A DNA stretch of 64,000 nt from Dehalococcoides sp. JdFR-56 (GTDB lineage: Bacteria > Chloroflexota > Dehalococcoidia > Dehalococcoidales > RBG-16-60-22), in contig MTNR01000061.1 in NCBI GenBank assembly GCA_002011495.1, positions 2,131-66,130 on the forward strand, in the 5' to 3' direction. Shown piece by piece: positions 34,546-42,982 of the stretch. Position 1 is the first letter of the stretch. Each line of letters opens with the position of its first letter. Under the pieces are notes generated by a model. That model was not told the DNA's origin. It worked only from the letters and a program-made list of their open reading frames with translations, and ran no database searches. The position numbers and the translations under genes are program-made.

Positions 34546-35301
34546 TTAGTGGTTAGCCTCTTGAGGTGAGTGGGTGAGGCTTCCTTCGATGTTGGCCAGC
34601 AGCTGGTCGGCGAGGATAGCTAAGATAGCGGCGGGCACGGCCCCCTCAATGATGAAGGCGAGGTTATCCTGTACCAGCCCGGCGATTATCGGTGAGCCGA
34701 GTCCGCCTGCCCCGATAACGGCGCCGATCATCGCCGTGCCGATGTTGATGATGACGGAGATGCGCACTCCCGCCAGGATAACCCGTGCCGCCAGAGGAAG
34801 CTCCACCTTGAGCAGGGCTTGCCTTCGGCTCATCCCCATGCCGTAGGCGGCGTCAAGCAGGTCCGGCGGCACTGCCCTGAGTCCGGCGATGGTATTGCGC
34901 ACCACTGGAAGCAGCCCGTAGAGGAAGAGGGCGACCACCGTGGGCACCAGGCCGAAACCGAGCATGGGCACGGCGAGGGCGAGAACCGCCACCGGGGGAA
35001 AGGTCTGGCCAAATGAGGTGAGGTCATTGACGATGGGCAAGAAGTTGCTGCCACTGGGGCGGGTTACCCATATCCCCACCGGCACCCCAATCAAAATGGT
35101 GAGACTGCTGGAGATGCCGACCAGCTCCAGATGTTCCAGGGTCAAGATGAGAAGGTCAGCCCGGGGGTGCAGCACCTGGGTTTCCCCGGGGAAGAGAAAG
35201 CTCAAGGCCATCTGCCAGAGCTGCATATTGGCGATGAGGGCGATAAAAGCTGCGCTCGCTATCCCCAGAATGAGCCAGCGCCTTATCTTTGGGTTGCGCA
35301 T
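34546..35301 (-). CDS. osmoprotectant (glycine betaine/choline-type) ABC transporter permease, YehW/OpuCD-like
   Basis: 251 aa and polytopic, with an EAA-type loop DAAYGMGMSRRQ. It is the last gene of the four-gene operon. Confidence 0.8.
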   Translation of the reverse strand: MRNPKIRRWLILGIASAAFIALIANMQLWQMALSFLFPGETQVLHPRADLLILTLEHLELVGISSSLTILIGVPVGIWVTRPSGSNFLPIVNDLTSFGQTFPPVAVLALAVPMLGFGLVPTVVALFLYGLLPVVRNTIAGLRAVPPDLLDAAYGMGMSRRQALLKVELPLAARVILAGVRISVIINIGTAMIGAVIGAGGLGSPIIAGLVQDNLAFIIEGAVPAAILAILADQLLANIEGSLTHSPQEANH

Positions 35302-35304
35302 GGA

Positions 35305-36402
35305 CTATGCCTCCGCCTCAGCGGTGGCGGCCTCAACATCGCTGAGCGTCACCTCGCCGATGAGGCGCCTGTTTTCGTCCACCACAGGAATGCTCTTGAA
35401 TCCCTGGCCGAGCATCCTGGAGAGCGCCTCCCTTAAGGTGGCGCTGCTTGAGAGGCTGATTTCCGTCACGTCCTGGGCCACTATTGCCTCCCGAACCGAG
35501 GCGGCTGCTGAGAGGGTGGTCTGGTCTACCCAGCCGAGGAGTTGGCCTTGGTGGTCCACTACCCAAGCTGAGCGGTGGCTTTGAAGTGCCGCCATCGCCT
35601 CGCTGAGCGTGGCATTTACGCCGATTGAAGGGGAGGGGTGGACAAAGCCTTGGATACTGATGCGGGATAGTCGCTTGAGGGCGCGGTCAGCCCCCACGAA
35701 GTCATGGACAAACTTGCTGGCGGGCCTGGAGAGTATCGCCTCTGGGGTATCGTACTGCACCAGCTTCCCCGCCGACATGACGGCGATGCGGTCGGCCAGA
35801 CGGATGGCCTCATCAAGGTCGTGTGTTACCAGAATCACCGTTTTCTTCAGTTCCTGCTGGATGGAGCTAAATTGAGCCTGGAGCCGCTCTCGGGTAAGCG
35901 GGTCAACCGCTCCGAAGGGCTCGTCCATGAGCAGTATCGGTGGGTCGGCGGCCAGCGCTCGGGCCACGCCGATGCGCTGGGCTTCACCACCGGAGAGTTG
36001 GCTGGGGTACTTCTGGGCATATTCCTTGGGGTCAAGGCCAACCAATTCCAGGAGCTCCTCTACGCGGCGGGCGATGCGGGACTTTTCCCAGTGCAGGAGC
36101 TCGGGCACGGTGGCAATATTGGCGCCTACCGTGAGATGAGGAAATAAGCCGACACTCTGAATGGCGTAACCGATGGACTGGCGCAGCCGCTCTGGCCTGA
36201 CCTGGCGGATGTCCTTGCCGTTGACCAAGATGCGTCCTGAGGTTGGCTCGATGAGGCGGTTGACCATGCGCAGAGTGCTGGTCTTGCCGCAGCCCGAGGG
36301 GCCGATGAGAACGCAGACCTCTCCCTCGTTCACCTCAAGGGAAAGGTCATCGACGGCGAGGGTATCTCCGTAAATTTTGGTCACGTGTTCCAGACGAATC
36401 AT
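35305..36402 (-). CDS. osmoprotectant ABC transporter ATP-binding protein with tandem C-terminal CBS domains
   Basis: Walker A GPSGCGKTS, signature LSGGEAQR, Walker B LLMDEP. The C-terminal ~120 aa carry a CBS-pair pattern (SAWVVDHQGQLLGWV ... SIPVVDENRRLIGEV). Confidence 0.9.
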   Translation of the reverse strand: MIRLEHVTKIYGDTLAVDDLSLEVNEGEVCVLIGPSGCGKTSTLRMVNRLIEPTSGRILVNGKDIRQVRPERLRQSIGYAIQSVGLFPHLTVGANIATVPELLHWEKSRIARRVEELLELVGLDPKEYAQKYPSQLSGGEAQRIGVARALAADPPILLMDEPFGAVDPLTRERLQAQFSSIQQELKKTVILVTHDLDEAIRLADRIAVMSAGKLVQYDTPEAILSRPASKFVHDFVGADRALKRLSRISIQGFVHPSPSIGVNATLSEAMAALQSHRSAWVVDHQGQLLGWVDQTTLSAAASVREAIVAQDVTEISLSSSATLREALSRMLGQGFKSIPVVDENRRLIGEVTLSDVEAATAEAEA

Positions 36403-37580
36403 GGCTCTCCTCCCCCTAATCCCTTCGGGGTGGACAGCCTTACCAAGGTGCGCATCACCGTGTCCACCACCAGGGCAAGGCCGATGATGGGGATGGCCCC
36501 GAGAAGGATGAGGTCAGTGGCGGCCTGCCCCAACCCTTGGAAGACAAACCACCCCAAGCCCCCGGCACCGATGAGCGCGGCCACGGTGGTGAGCCCTACT
36601 GACTGAACCGATGCCGTTCTCACTCCCTCCAGGACGAGTGGGGCGGCCAGGGGCGCCTCTATCCTGCGGAATACCTGGGCGCGGCTCATTCCCATACCCA
36701 GGCCGGCGTCAATTACCGCTGGGTCAAGCTGGCGCAGGCCGACGAAGGTGTTCCTGACGATGGGGAGCAGCGAGTAGATAACGAGGGCGATGAAGGCTGG
36801 CGCTGGCCCCACCCCACGGATACCGATTTCCCGCAGGAAGGGGAAGGCGAAGGATAGGGCGGAAAGGGGGGCGATGACCAGTCCAAATAGCGCCAGGCTG
36901 GGTATGGTCTGGGTGATGTTGGCCAGGTAAAATATCGGCTTTTCGGCGCGCCTGCTGCGCACTGCCCAGATGCCCAGCGGGACGCCGATCAGGGTGCCTA
37001 CGGTGACGCTGCCAGCAAAAAGGGAGATATGCCGCACCAGCTCCTGCTGGAAGCGGGCCTCACGCCCGCTGAATTCCTGCACTAGGGAAAGGCTATCCAG
37101 CCAGCCGATAGCGAGCATGATGCCGATGGCGGCTAGCCCCGTCCAGGAGACCAGATGCCGCCAGGCCGGCGCCTCCTGCAGCCCCTGGCGGGCGGCGAAG
37201 ACTAGAATGTAGCTGGCGATGAGGGTAACCCAAATACCAGCACTCGGGGAGACGCGGGCGAAAGTCTCCTCCGCTTCAAGCATCCGGCTGGACTCAAAGC
37301 CAGCCAGCGCCAAGGTGATGATGAGGATGACGTTGGCGCTGATCCCCAGACTGATGGCCTGCCACTTGGTCTTCTTGGTCAGGCTCAAGGTTAGGGCGAT
37401 GAGCCACAGCCCCAGCATGACCATGGTGCCATCCCAGCCCACCACCTGCCATAGACTTAAGCTAGTGCCGGCGGCCAGCCGGCTGGACTTCAGCGTCAGC
37501 CAGCCAAGGGGGAGTGAAGCCAGACCGATGATAGACCCGGTAACGGCCACACTATCGCGGGTGACCAGTTGCCGAATCAT
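36399..37580 (-). CDS. osmoprotectant ABC transporter permease with extra N-terminal TM domain (YehY-like)
   Basis: 393 aa. The N-terminal ~170 aa add extra helices. The C-terminal half has the EAA-type loop DAGLGMGMSRAQ. Confidence 0.8.
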   Translation of the reverse strand: MIRQLVTRDSVAVTGSIIGLASLPLGWLTLKSSRLAAGTSLSLWQVVGWDGTMVMLGLWLIALTLSLTKKTKWQAISLGISANVILIITLALAGFESSRMLEAEETFARVSPSAGIWVTLIASYILVFAARQGLQEAPAWRHLVSWTGLAAIGIMLAIGWLDSLSLVQEFSGREARFQQELVRHISLFAGSVTVGTLIGVPLGIWAVRSRRAEKPIFYLANITQTIPSLALFGLVIAPLSALSFAFPFLREIGIRGVGPAPAFIALVIYSLLPIVRNTFVGLRQLDPAVIDAGLGMGMSRAQVFRRIEAPLAAPLVLEGVRTASVQSVGLTTVAALIGAGGLGWFVFQGLGQAATDLILLGAIPIIGLALVVDTVMRTLVRLSTPKGLGGGEP

Positions 37581-37605
37581 CTCCTCTTTTCATCCTCGGG
37601 CGGAA

Positions 37606-38523
37606 TTACTTAAGAAAGCCATTGGCGGTGAGGTATTCCCGGGCCACATCGGCGGCAGCCTGTCCCTCAAAGGCGATCTTGGCGTTGAGAGTTTGCAGCG
37701 TCTCCAGGTCCAGGGAGGCGAAGACCGGATTGAGGATATCGGCGATCTCCGGGTTCTTCTCCAGTACTTCGCCGCGGACAATGGGCGCTGGCTCATAGAC
37801 CGGCTGAACACCCCTTGGGTCGCTCAAGACCACCAGGCCCAGGGCAGCCAGCCCCCCATCGGTTCCATAGGCCATGGCGGCGTTCACCCCATCGGTGCCT
37901 TCAGCCGCCGCCTTCTCCGTCTGGGCGGTATTGCCGCCGGAGAGCGTTATCAGCTGGTCTTGGCTCAAGGTGAAGCCATATGCCTCCTGGAAGGCGGGGA
38001 GGGCCACTGGGCTGGTGACGAACTCCTCAGAGCCAATCAGCTTGACATAACCACCGCGGTTGACGTAGGCGGCGAAGTCATCCAGGCTGCGTATCCCTTC
38101 TTTTTCCGAGAGCTCCTTGGGGATGGCTATCGCCCAGGTATTGTTGGCTGGTGCTGGCTGGAGCCAGACGATGTTATTGGCCTCCATATCCAGCTGTCTT
38201 ACCCGCTCCCAGCCTTTTTGGGCGTCGTTCCAGACGTCTGACTCGGTCTCATCAAAGAAAAAGGCACCGTTGCCGGTGTATTCGGGGTAGATGTCAATCT
38301 CGCCGCTTAGGACGGCCTTGCGCACCACCTGGGTTGGCCCGGTGCCTGACTTATCAATGACGTTGAAGCCGTTGGCCTCGAGCATCAGTATTATCATCTG
38401 CGAGAGCAGGGCGCCCTCGGTATCTATCTTGGACCCGACGGTGATACCAGGTTTAGCGCAGCCGGCTACTATCAGCGCCAGCATCAGCACCAGAATCGCC
38501 ACCATAGTTAGAGCTTTCTTCAC
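37606..38523 (-). CDS. glycine betaine/osmoprotectant-binding lipoprotein (YehZ/OpuCC-like)
   Basis: GTG start with AAAGGAGG upstream. Lipobox IVAGC. 305 aa. The gene order (binding protein, long permease, ATPase, short permease) matches E. coli yehZYXW. Confidence 0.8.
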   Translation of the reverse strand: MKKALTMVAILVLMLALIVAGCAKPGITVGSKIDTEGALLSQMIILMLEANGFNVIDKSGTGPTQVVRKAVLSGEIDIYPEYTGNGAFFFDETESDVWNDAQKGWERVRQLDMEANNIVWLQPAPANNTWAIAIPKELSEKEGIRSLDDFAAYVNRGGYVKLIGSEEFVTSPVALPAFQEAYGFTLSQDQLITLSGGNTAQTEKAAAEGTDGVNAAMAYGTDGGLAALGLVVLSDPRGVQPVYEPAPIVRGEVLEKNPEIADILNPVFASLDLETLQTLNAKIAFEGQAAADVAREYLTANGFLK

Positions 38524-38605
38524 TTTAGCCTCCTTTGCTATCAGAAGAGAAATGATTTACATTTAACCAAGCTAGCTTCTTCTTGTCAACCCTGGGACAG
38601 GGGTT

Positions 38606-38848
38606 TTAGCCTGGCCAGAAAACGACCAGGGCTAGACTAGCGTGTATTATCACTGAAGCCCAGAACGCCCTCCAGATATAGCAGTGGTATTGATAGAAAC
38701 TTTGGTATGAGTGGTAGCGCATCAATCTGGCGCCTATCTTTGAGCCGGCCAGGCACCGGCATGAGAAGAAGATGAGCAGGCCGCTTGCCAGGTTGATTGC
38801 CCCCAGGGCGAAGATTACGCTTGGCGCTACCGAGTAGAAAGTATCCAT
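38606..38848 (-). CDS. small membrane protein (80 aa, 2-3 TM) with Cys/His pairs
   Basis: Hydrophobic segments flank FFSCRCLAG and YHCYIW..IIHAS. No family recognised. It lies downstream of the cupredoxin gene on the same strand. Confidence 0.4.
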   Translation of the reverse strand: MDTFYSVAPSVIFALGAINLASGLLIFFSCRCLAGSKIGARLMRYHSYQSFYQYHCYIWRAFWASVIIHASLALVVFWPG

Positions 38849-38953
38849 AGCCGCCTCCGTTCAGCAAAGTCTTGGCGGGGAGCAAGTCCCCCTTCGCCAT
38901 GGCTGGAATGCTAAGCTCTCCTTGGCCAGCCGGGGTAGTTAGCCGATATCCCA

Positions 38954-39331
38954 TCACTCCACGGTGATGGTTCCGGTCATCTTGGGATGGATGGTGCAGT
39001 AGTACTGGTAGGTGCCACGCTGGGTGAAGGTGTAGCTGAAGGTGTCTCCCTGGGATAGCCGGCCGCTATCAAACTGGCCATCCCGTGCCGTGACTGTGTG
39101 GGTGGCTGAATCTTTGTTGACCCAGGTGATGGTGGCGCCGGCGGCAATGGTGATGGTGGCTGGCTTGAAAGCGAACCCCGATATTTCTACTTGGGTTGCG
39201 GGGGATGCTGGTGCCGGGGCTGGGCTTGGGGTGGAGCCATAACAGGCTATGCCGAATATAAGGGGCACGGTAAGAAGCAGTAGGCCAAGGGACAAGACCT
39301 TGATTATCTTTGCCTGAATATACCCGCCCAT
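38954..39331 (-). CDS. cupredoxin (type-1 blue copper) lipoprotein
   Basis: Lipobox-like FGIAC followed by the linker TPSPAPAPASPAT. Cupredoxin fold markers ITWVNKDSATHTV and YYCTIHPKMTGTI supply the His...Cys-x2-His-x2-Met copper ligands. Confidence 0.75.
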   Translation of the reverse strand: MGGYIQAKIIKVLSLGLLLLTVPLIFGIACYGSTPSPAPAPASPATQVEISGFAFKPATITIAAGATITWVNKDSATHTVTARDGQFDSGRLSQGDTFSYTFTQRGTYQYYCTIHPKMTGTITVE

Positions 39332-39452
39332 TTTGCTACCTCCTCCCTCTTTTAAGTCTGCTGGCCCTGGGCCGAAGGTTACGCCCTTATTCCCCGATTA
39401 TAAAGGTGCTGGAGTCCCCTTTCTATGACCTGGCTCACATTCGGTGTCCTCT

Positions 39453-40139
39453 TCAGTCTCTCATTTGCTGCGGGTGCTGGGCTAGCCTATCCAATTTCTC
39501 TTTCAGGCGCTGAACCGATAAACGGGCACTGGATATAAGGGGCACCTTGCGGCTGGTAGCGGGGACTTGTTGTATGACTCTCTCTATGGAGGGCTGGGGG
39601 ATTATGACCACCTCTACCGCATCCATCAGCCGGTTTAAGTGCTCCAGAACGATGCGGTCGTGGCCGGCCCAGTCATCGCGGCGCAGAGCGTCAAAGGCCC
39701 CCGGGCAAAGTAGCGTCTTTACCTCGGCTTTTCTACCTCTGCGGAGCGCTTCTTCTTGAATTATCTGCTGGGCGGAGGCTAGCGTGCCGGGATGGGTGCC
39801 CAGGATGCCGATGCGTCCGGCCATGCCCAGTGCCTCATCAACCATGATTTCCAGCACGGCAAGGACCGGAATGTTGAGCGCCACTTTGACCTCATCAACC
39901 AGACGGCCGAAGGCGGTACAGGTGAGCATCACCACCTCTGCCCCAGACTCTTGGGCAAAGGAGGCCAATAGTTGAAGCCGTCGAATGACACGCCCGCGGA
40001 ACTGCTCGCCCGATAGCGCTGGCAACCCCTCGTCAACGAGGTGGACCACCTCAACATCGGGCATGATTTCAGCGACCAGTTCGTTGAATAAGCGAACATT
40101 GAAGCAGCCAGCATGCACCATGCCCGCTTTTCGTCCCAT
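39453..40139 (-). CDS. Asp/Glu/hydantoin racemase-family protein
   Basis: The start was moved to ATG at 40139 (GGAGGT 6 nt upstream), because the ORF-track extension overlaps the upstream gene. The two half-domains each carry a conserved Cys (MLTCTAFG and LLCPGAF). The family assignment is by pattern only. Confidence 0.55.
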   Translation of the reverse strand: MGRKAGMVHAGCFNVRLFNELVAEIMPDVEVVHLVDEGLPALSGEQFRGRVIRRLQLLASFAQESGAEVVMLTCTAFGRLVDEVKVALNIPVLAVLEIMVDEALGMAGRIGILGTHPGTLASAQQIIQEEALRRGRKAEVKTLLCPGAFDALRRDDWAGHDRIVLEHLNRLMDAVEVVIIPQPSIERVIQQVPATSRKVPLISSARLSVQRLKEKLDRLAQHPQQMRD

Positions 40140-40191
40140 TTGGCTACCTCCGCAAACTCCTTTGGGGGAGGTCTCTCCTTCGCTCGGATGG

Positions 40192-41301
40192 CTAGGGTAT
40201 GATGAGCGTTTTGAGCGAGCTTTGCTCCTCCGGGTTCTCCGTTTCCTTCTTGAAGACCTCGGCGATTTGGTCGAGCTTGTAGGACACCGAGTTCTCAAAG
40301 ATGATATCCAGGTTGAAGACCCCCCTCTCCACGGCGCGGTACGCCTCGCGCATATTTTCCACCGAGCGCAGCTTGGTGTAGTGCACCGCGTTCAAGTTTC
40401 TTACCTCCAGCCCGTCCTCATGGAAGCGGTTGAAGCAGAACTCCTTCACCGGGATGTAATTATCCCCGTAGAGCGCCAGGATGCCATTGTGCCTTACCTG
40501 TCCCAGCGCCTGAACGATGCCTATTCCGGTGCCGCCCACTGCCTCCACCGCCACATCAACGCCTTCGCCATGGGTCAGCTCCAGCACCGCTTCCACCGGG
40601 TCAACTTCCTTCGGGTTGATGGTATAATCAGCCCCTAGTTTCCTAGCTATTTCCAGCTTCTTTGGTGACGGGTCTATGGCCATGACCTTTGATGCCCCGG
40701 CCTTGACCGCCCCCTGGAGCATGATATTGCCGGCAAAGCCGACGCCGTTTATCGCCACCGTATCCCCCAATTTCACCCCCATGTAGAGCGCCGCCCAGGC
40801 GGCGCACCCCAGCGCTTCATAGAGGCACCCCACCTCAAAGGACACCCCATTGGGGATGGGCTGAACGTGGGAGGGGTCAGTGACCCAGTAATCGGTATAG
40901 GTTGGATAGACTAGGCTCCCCACTCTATCCCCAACCTTTACCTTGCCACCGCCCAGATATTCCTCAACCGCTGAGCCGACTTCGACAATGGTGCCGCCGC
41001 CCTCATGACCCCAGGGGCCCATGGGGAAGGCGTGCTTTGGCTTGCCCTCAGGGTGGGCAGCGAGCTCATGCTCTGGTCTGGTTCTCGCCTCATCCTGTGG
41101 GCGCACCGTGATGCCGCGGTAGAAGTACCTCTCCGAGCCGCAGATTGATGCCTGGTGCGTCTTGACCAGCACCTGATTCGGCTTCAGTTCAGGGAGAGGT
41201 ATCTTTTTGATGGATATCTTGCCCACGTCCTCCAGAAATACGGCTCTTGTCTCCAGCAATCGCTTACCTCCTTCTAGAATTTTCATGGTTTTAGAAAGCA
41301 A
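40192..41301 (-). CDS. zinc-dependent alcohol dehydrogenase (MDR family)
   Basis: ASICGSE, GHEGGGTIVEVG, and the nucleotide-binding VAINGVGFAGNI. The start is uncertain (TTG at 41301 or ATG at 41286). Confidence 0.75.
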   Translation of the reverse strand: MLSKTMKILEGGKRLLETRAVFLEDVGKISIKKIPLPELKPNQVLVKTHQASICGSERYFYRGITVRPQDEARTRPEHELAAHPEGKPKHAFPMGPWGHEGGGTIVEVGSAVEEYLGGGKVKVGDRVGSLVYPTYTDYWVTDPSHVQPIPNGVSFEVGCLYEALGCAAWAALYMGVKLGDTVAINGVGFAGNIMLQGAVKAGASKVMAIDPSPKKLEIARKLGADYTINPKEVDPVEAVLELTHGEGVDVAVEAVGGTGIGIVQALGQVRHNGILALYGDNYIPVKEFCFNRFHEDGLEVRNLNAVHYTKLRSVENMREAYRAVERGVFNLDIIFENSVSYKLDQIAEVFKKETENPEEQSSLKTLIIP

Positions 41302-41403
41302 ACCCGAGGGTAGATGATACCATCTTTATCCCGCTTGATGCCAACGCCCTATCGTCCCTCTTGAAATGGGGAAATTTCTTGTTTTTGCCGTGTGGGCGCT
41401 GGG

Positions 41404-42066
41404 TCAAGTCCCGGTGAGGGCGGTGCGCAGGCTCTCCTCTGCTTCCGGCGTGGTCAGTGCGATGACCTGGTCCCCTTCACGCAGGATGCTGCTGGGGGTG
41501 GGGATGCGGGGCCGGCGGTTCTTGGGGATGATCAGCGCCAGCCGGCTGCCCGCAGGCAGCGGGATCTCCTTGAGCGGCTTGCCGATACTGGACGAGGTGG
41601 GCGGGATTCGGACCTCGACAAGCTCCAGGCCCCTCTCGGTGAGGGTGAGTAGATGCGTTAGCGGGTGGGTGGGCACCTCTTTTTCAATGGCTTCCAGGAT
41701 GATGTTGGTGGCGCTTACCGGAACATCAACCCCCAGTTTTTTGAAGATGGCTTCATTCTGCGGGTTTCGGATGCGGGCGATGGTGCGCGGGACGTTGAAC
41801 TTATACTTGGCCACCTGGCAGGCGACTAGGTTATCCTCATCATCCCCGGTCACCGCCACCAACATATCGGCGCGGCCAGCGCCGACATCAGCCAGGGTGG
41901 CCGCCTCACAGCCGTCACCACGGATGCAGACACTGCCCATCTCCTCATTGATGATATCGCAGAAGGAGGCATTTTTCTCGATGATGAGCACTTCATGCCC
42001 CTCCTCGAGCAATGCCCGGGCCAGATAGTAACCGACTCTGCCACCACCGACGATGATGATATACAT
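41404..42066 (-). CDS. RCK protein, TrkA-N + TrkA-C domains (KtrA/TrkA family)
   Basis: MYIIIVGGGRVGYYLARALLEEGHEVLIIE (Rossmann fold) plus a C-terminal RCK_C-like segment (LELVEVRIPPTSSSIGKPLKEI). Confidence 0.8.
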   Translation of the reverse strand: MYIIIVGGGRVGYYLARALLEEGHEVLIIEKNASFCDIINEEMGSVCIRGDGCEAATLADVGAGRADMLVAVTGDDEDNLVACQVAKYKFNVPRTIARIRNPQNEAIFKKLGVDVPVSATNIILEAIEKEVPTHPLTHLLTLTERGLELVEVRIPPTSSSIGKPLKEIPLPAGSRLALIIPKNRRPRIPTPSSILREGDQVIALTTPEAEESLRTALTGT

Positions 42067-42073
42067 TTTCCCT

Positions 42074-42472
42074 CTAGCCCTCGATTTTTTCCTTTACCAG
42101 ATGCGCGAATATAGTCGTTGGGCTGAAAGCCTCGATGCCCAGAGTATCATATAGCTCCTGGCGCAGCGGGTCATAGATGCGGCAGATCACCCTGGGCACA
42201 TTGAAGATATGCTTGGCAATCTGCGCCGCCATAACATTGCGGTTGTCCCCCTGAGTTAAGGCGACGAAGACATCCGCCTCCTCAATGCCCGCCCTTCTCA
42301 GCACGGCCTCATCAATGCCATTGCCCAGAAGCGCGGTGCCCTTGAAATCAGAGGGCAGCCGGCGGAAGCTGTAAGCGTCAACGTCCAGGATGGTAACCTC
42401 GTGTCCATCCGCATCCAGTAGCCCAGCAAGCTGAGCGCCCACTCGTCCACAGCCCATAATAACCACTTTCAT
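42074..42472 (-). CDS. RCK N-terminal domain protein (TrkA-N only)
   Basis: MKVVIMGCGRVGAQLAGLLDADGHEVTILD. At 132 aa it has no C-terminal RCK_C domain. Confidence 0.75.
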   Translation of the reverse strand: MKVVIMGCGRVGAQLAGLLDADGHEVTILDVDAYSFRRLPSDFKGTALLGNGIDEAVLRRAGIEEADVFVALTQGDNRNVMAAQIAKHIFNVPRVICRIYDPLRQELYDTLGIEAFSPTTIFAHLVKEKIEG

Positions 42473-42501
42473 CGCTCACCCCAAGCTACAATAATTATAT
42501 A

Positions 42502-42918
42502 TTAAATATGATACAGTATCACCGGACATGGTGAGTTCTTCAGCACATAAGGCACCACATTGCCCAGACTGAACTGGCCAAAGCGTCTTTTGTACTTCGC
42601 CCCCATCACGATCAGGTCAACCCCTCGCTCCACCACCTCATCGATAATGGCTGGGCCGGCTTCACGAGCCTGGAGCACGTCGGTCTCCACCTCATAGTCT
42701 TCCTCTTCCGCCACCCGCTCAATGTGGTCCAGTATCTCCTCGGCCTTTTGAATTTCGGGCTCAATTTCGGCATCCAGAGGCAGGGCGCGCTTTACCGTGA
42801 TGACGTAAACTGACCAGATTTTGCCCTTCTCTTTCTTGGCTAGTCGGCAGGCCAGCTTCATCGCCTCATCATCAGCTTCGGTGCCAACCACGGGGACGAG
42901 GATCTTGCGAAACTCCAT
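42502..42918 (-). CDS. universal stress protein (UspA family)
   Basis: KILVPV..., DLIVMGAKYKRRFGQFSLGNVVPYVLKNSPCPVIL (ATP-binding G-x2-G-x9-G-S/N motif region). Confidence 0.8.
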   Translation of the reverse strand: MEFRKILVPVVGTEADDEAMKLACRLAKKEKGKIWSVYVITVKRALPLDAEIEPEIQKAEEILDHIERVAEEEDYEVETDVLQAREAGPAIIDEVVERGVDLIVMGAKYKRRFGQFSLGNVVPYVLKNSPCPVILYHI

Positions 42919-42982
42919 GGCTCTTTTCCGCCTTTATATTTAGGCTATTATAACCCTCTTCTCTCAACTATACAATACACAT

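Noticed and set aside
37219-38241. 340-aa plus-strand ORF
   Set aside because: It lies entirely antisense to the well-supported osmoprotectant permease and binding-protein genes. The sequence is low-complexity and Arg/Gly/Leu-rich, with no recognisable motif. It is a typical shadow ORF of GC-rich coding DNA.
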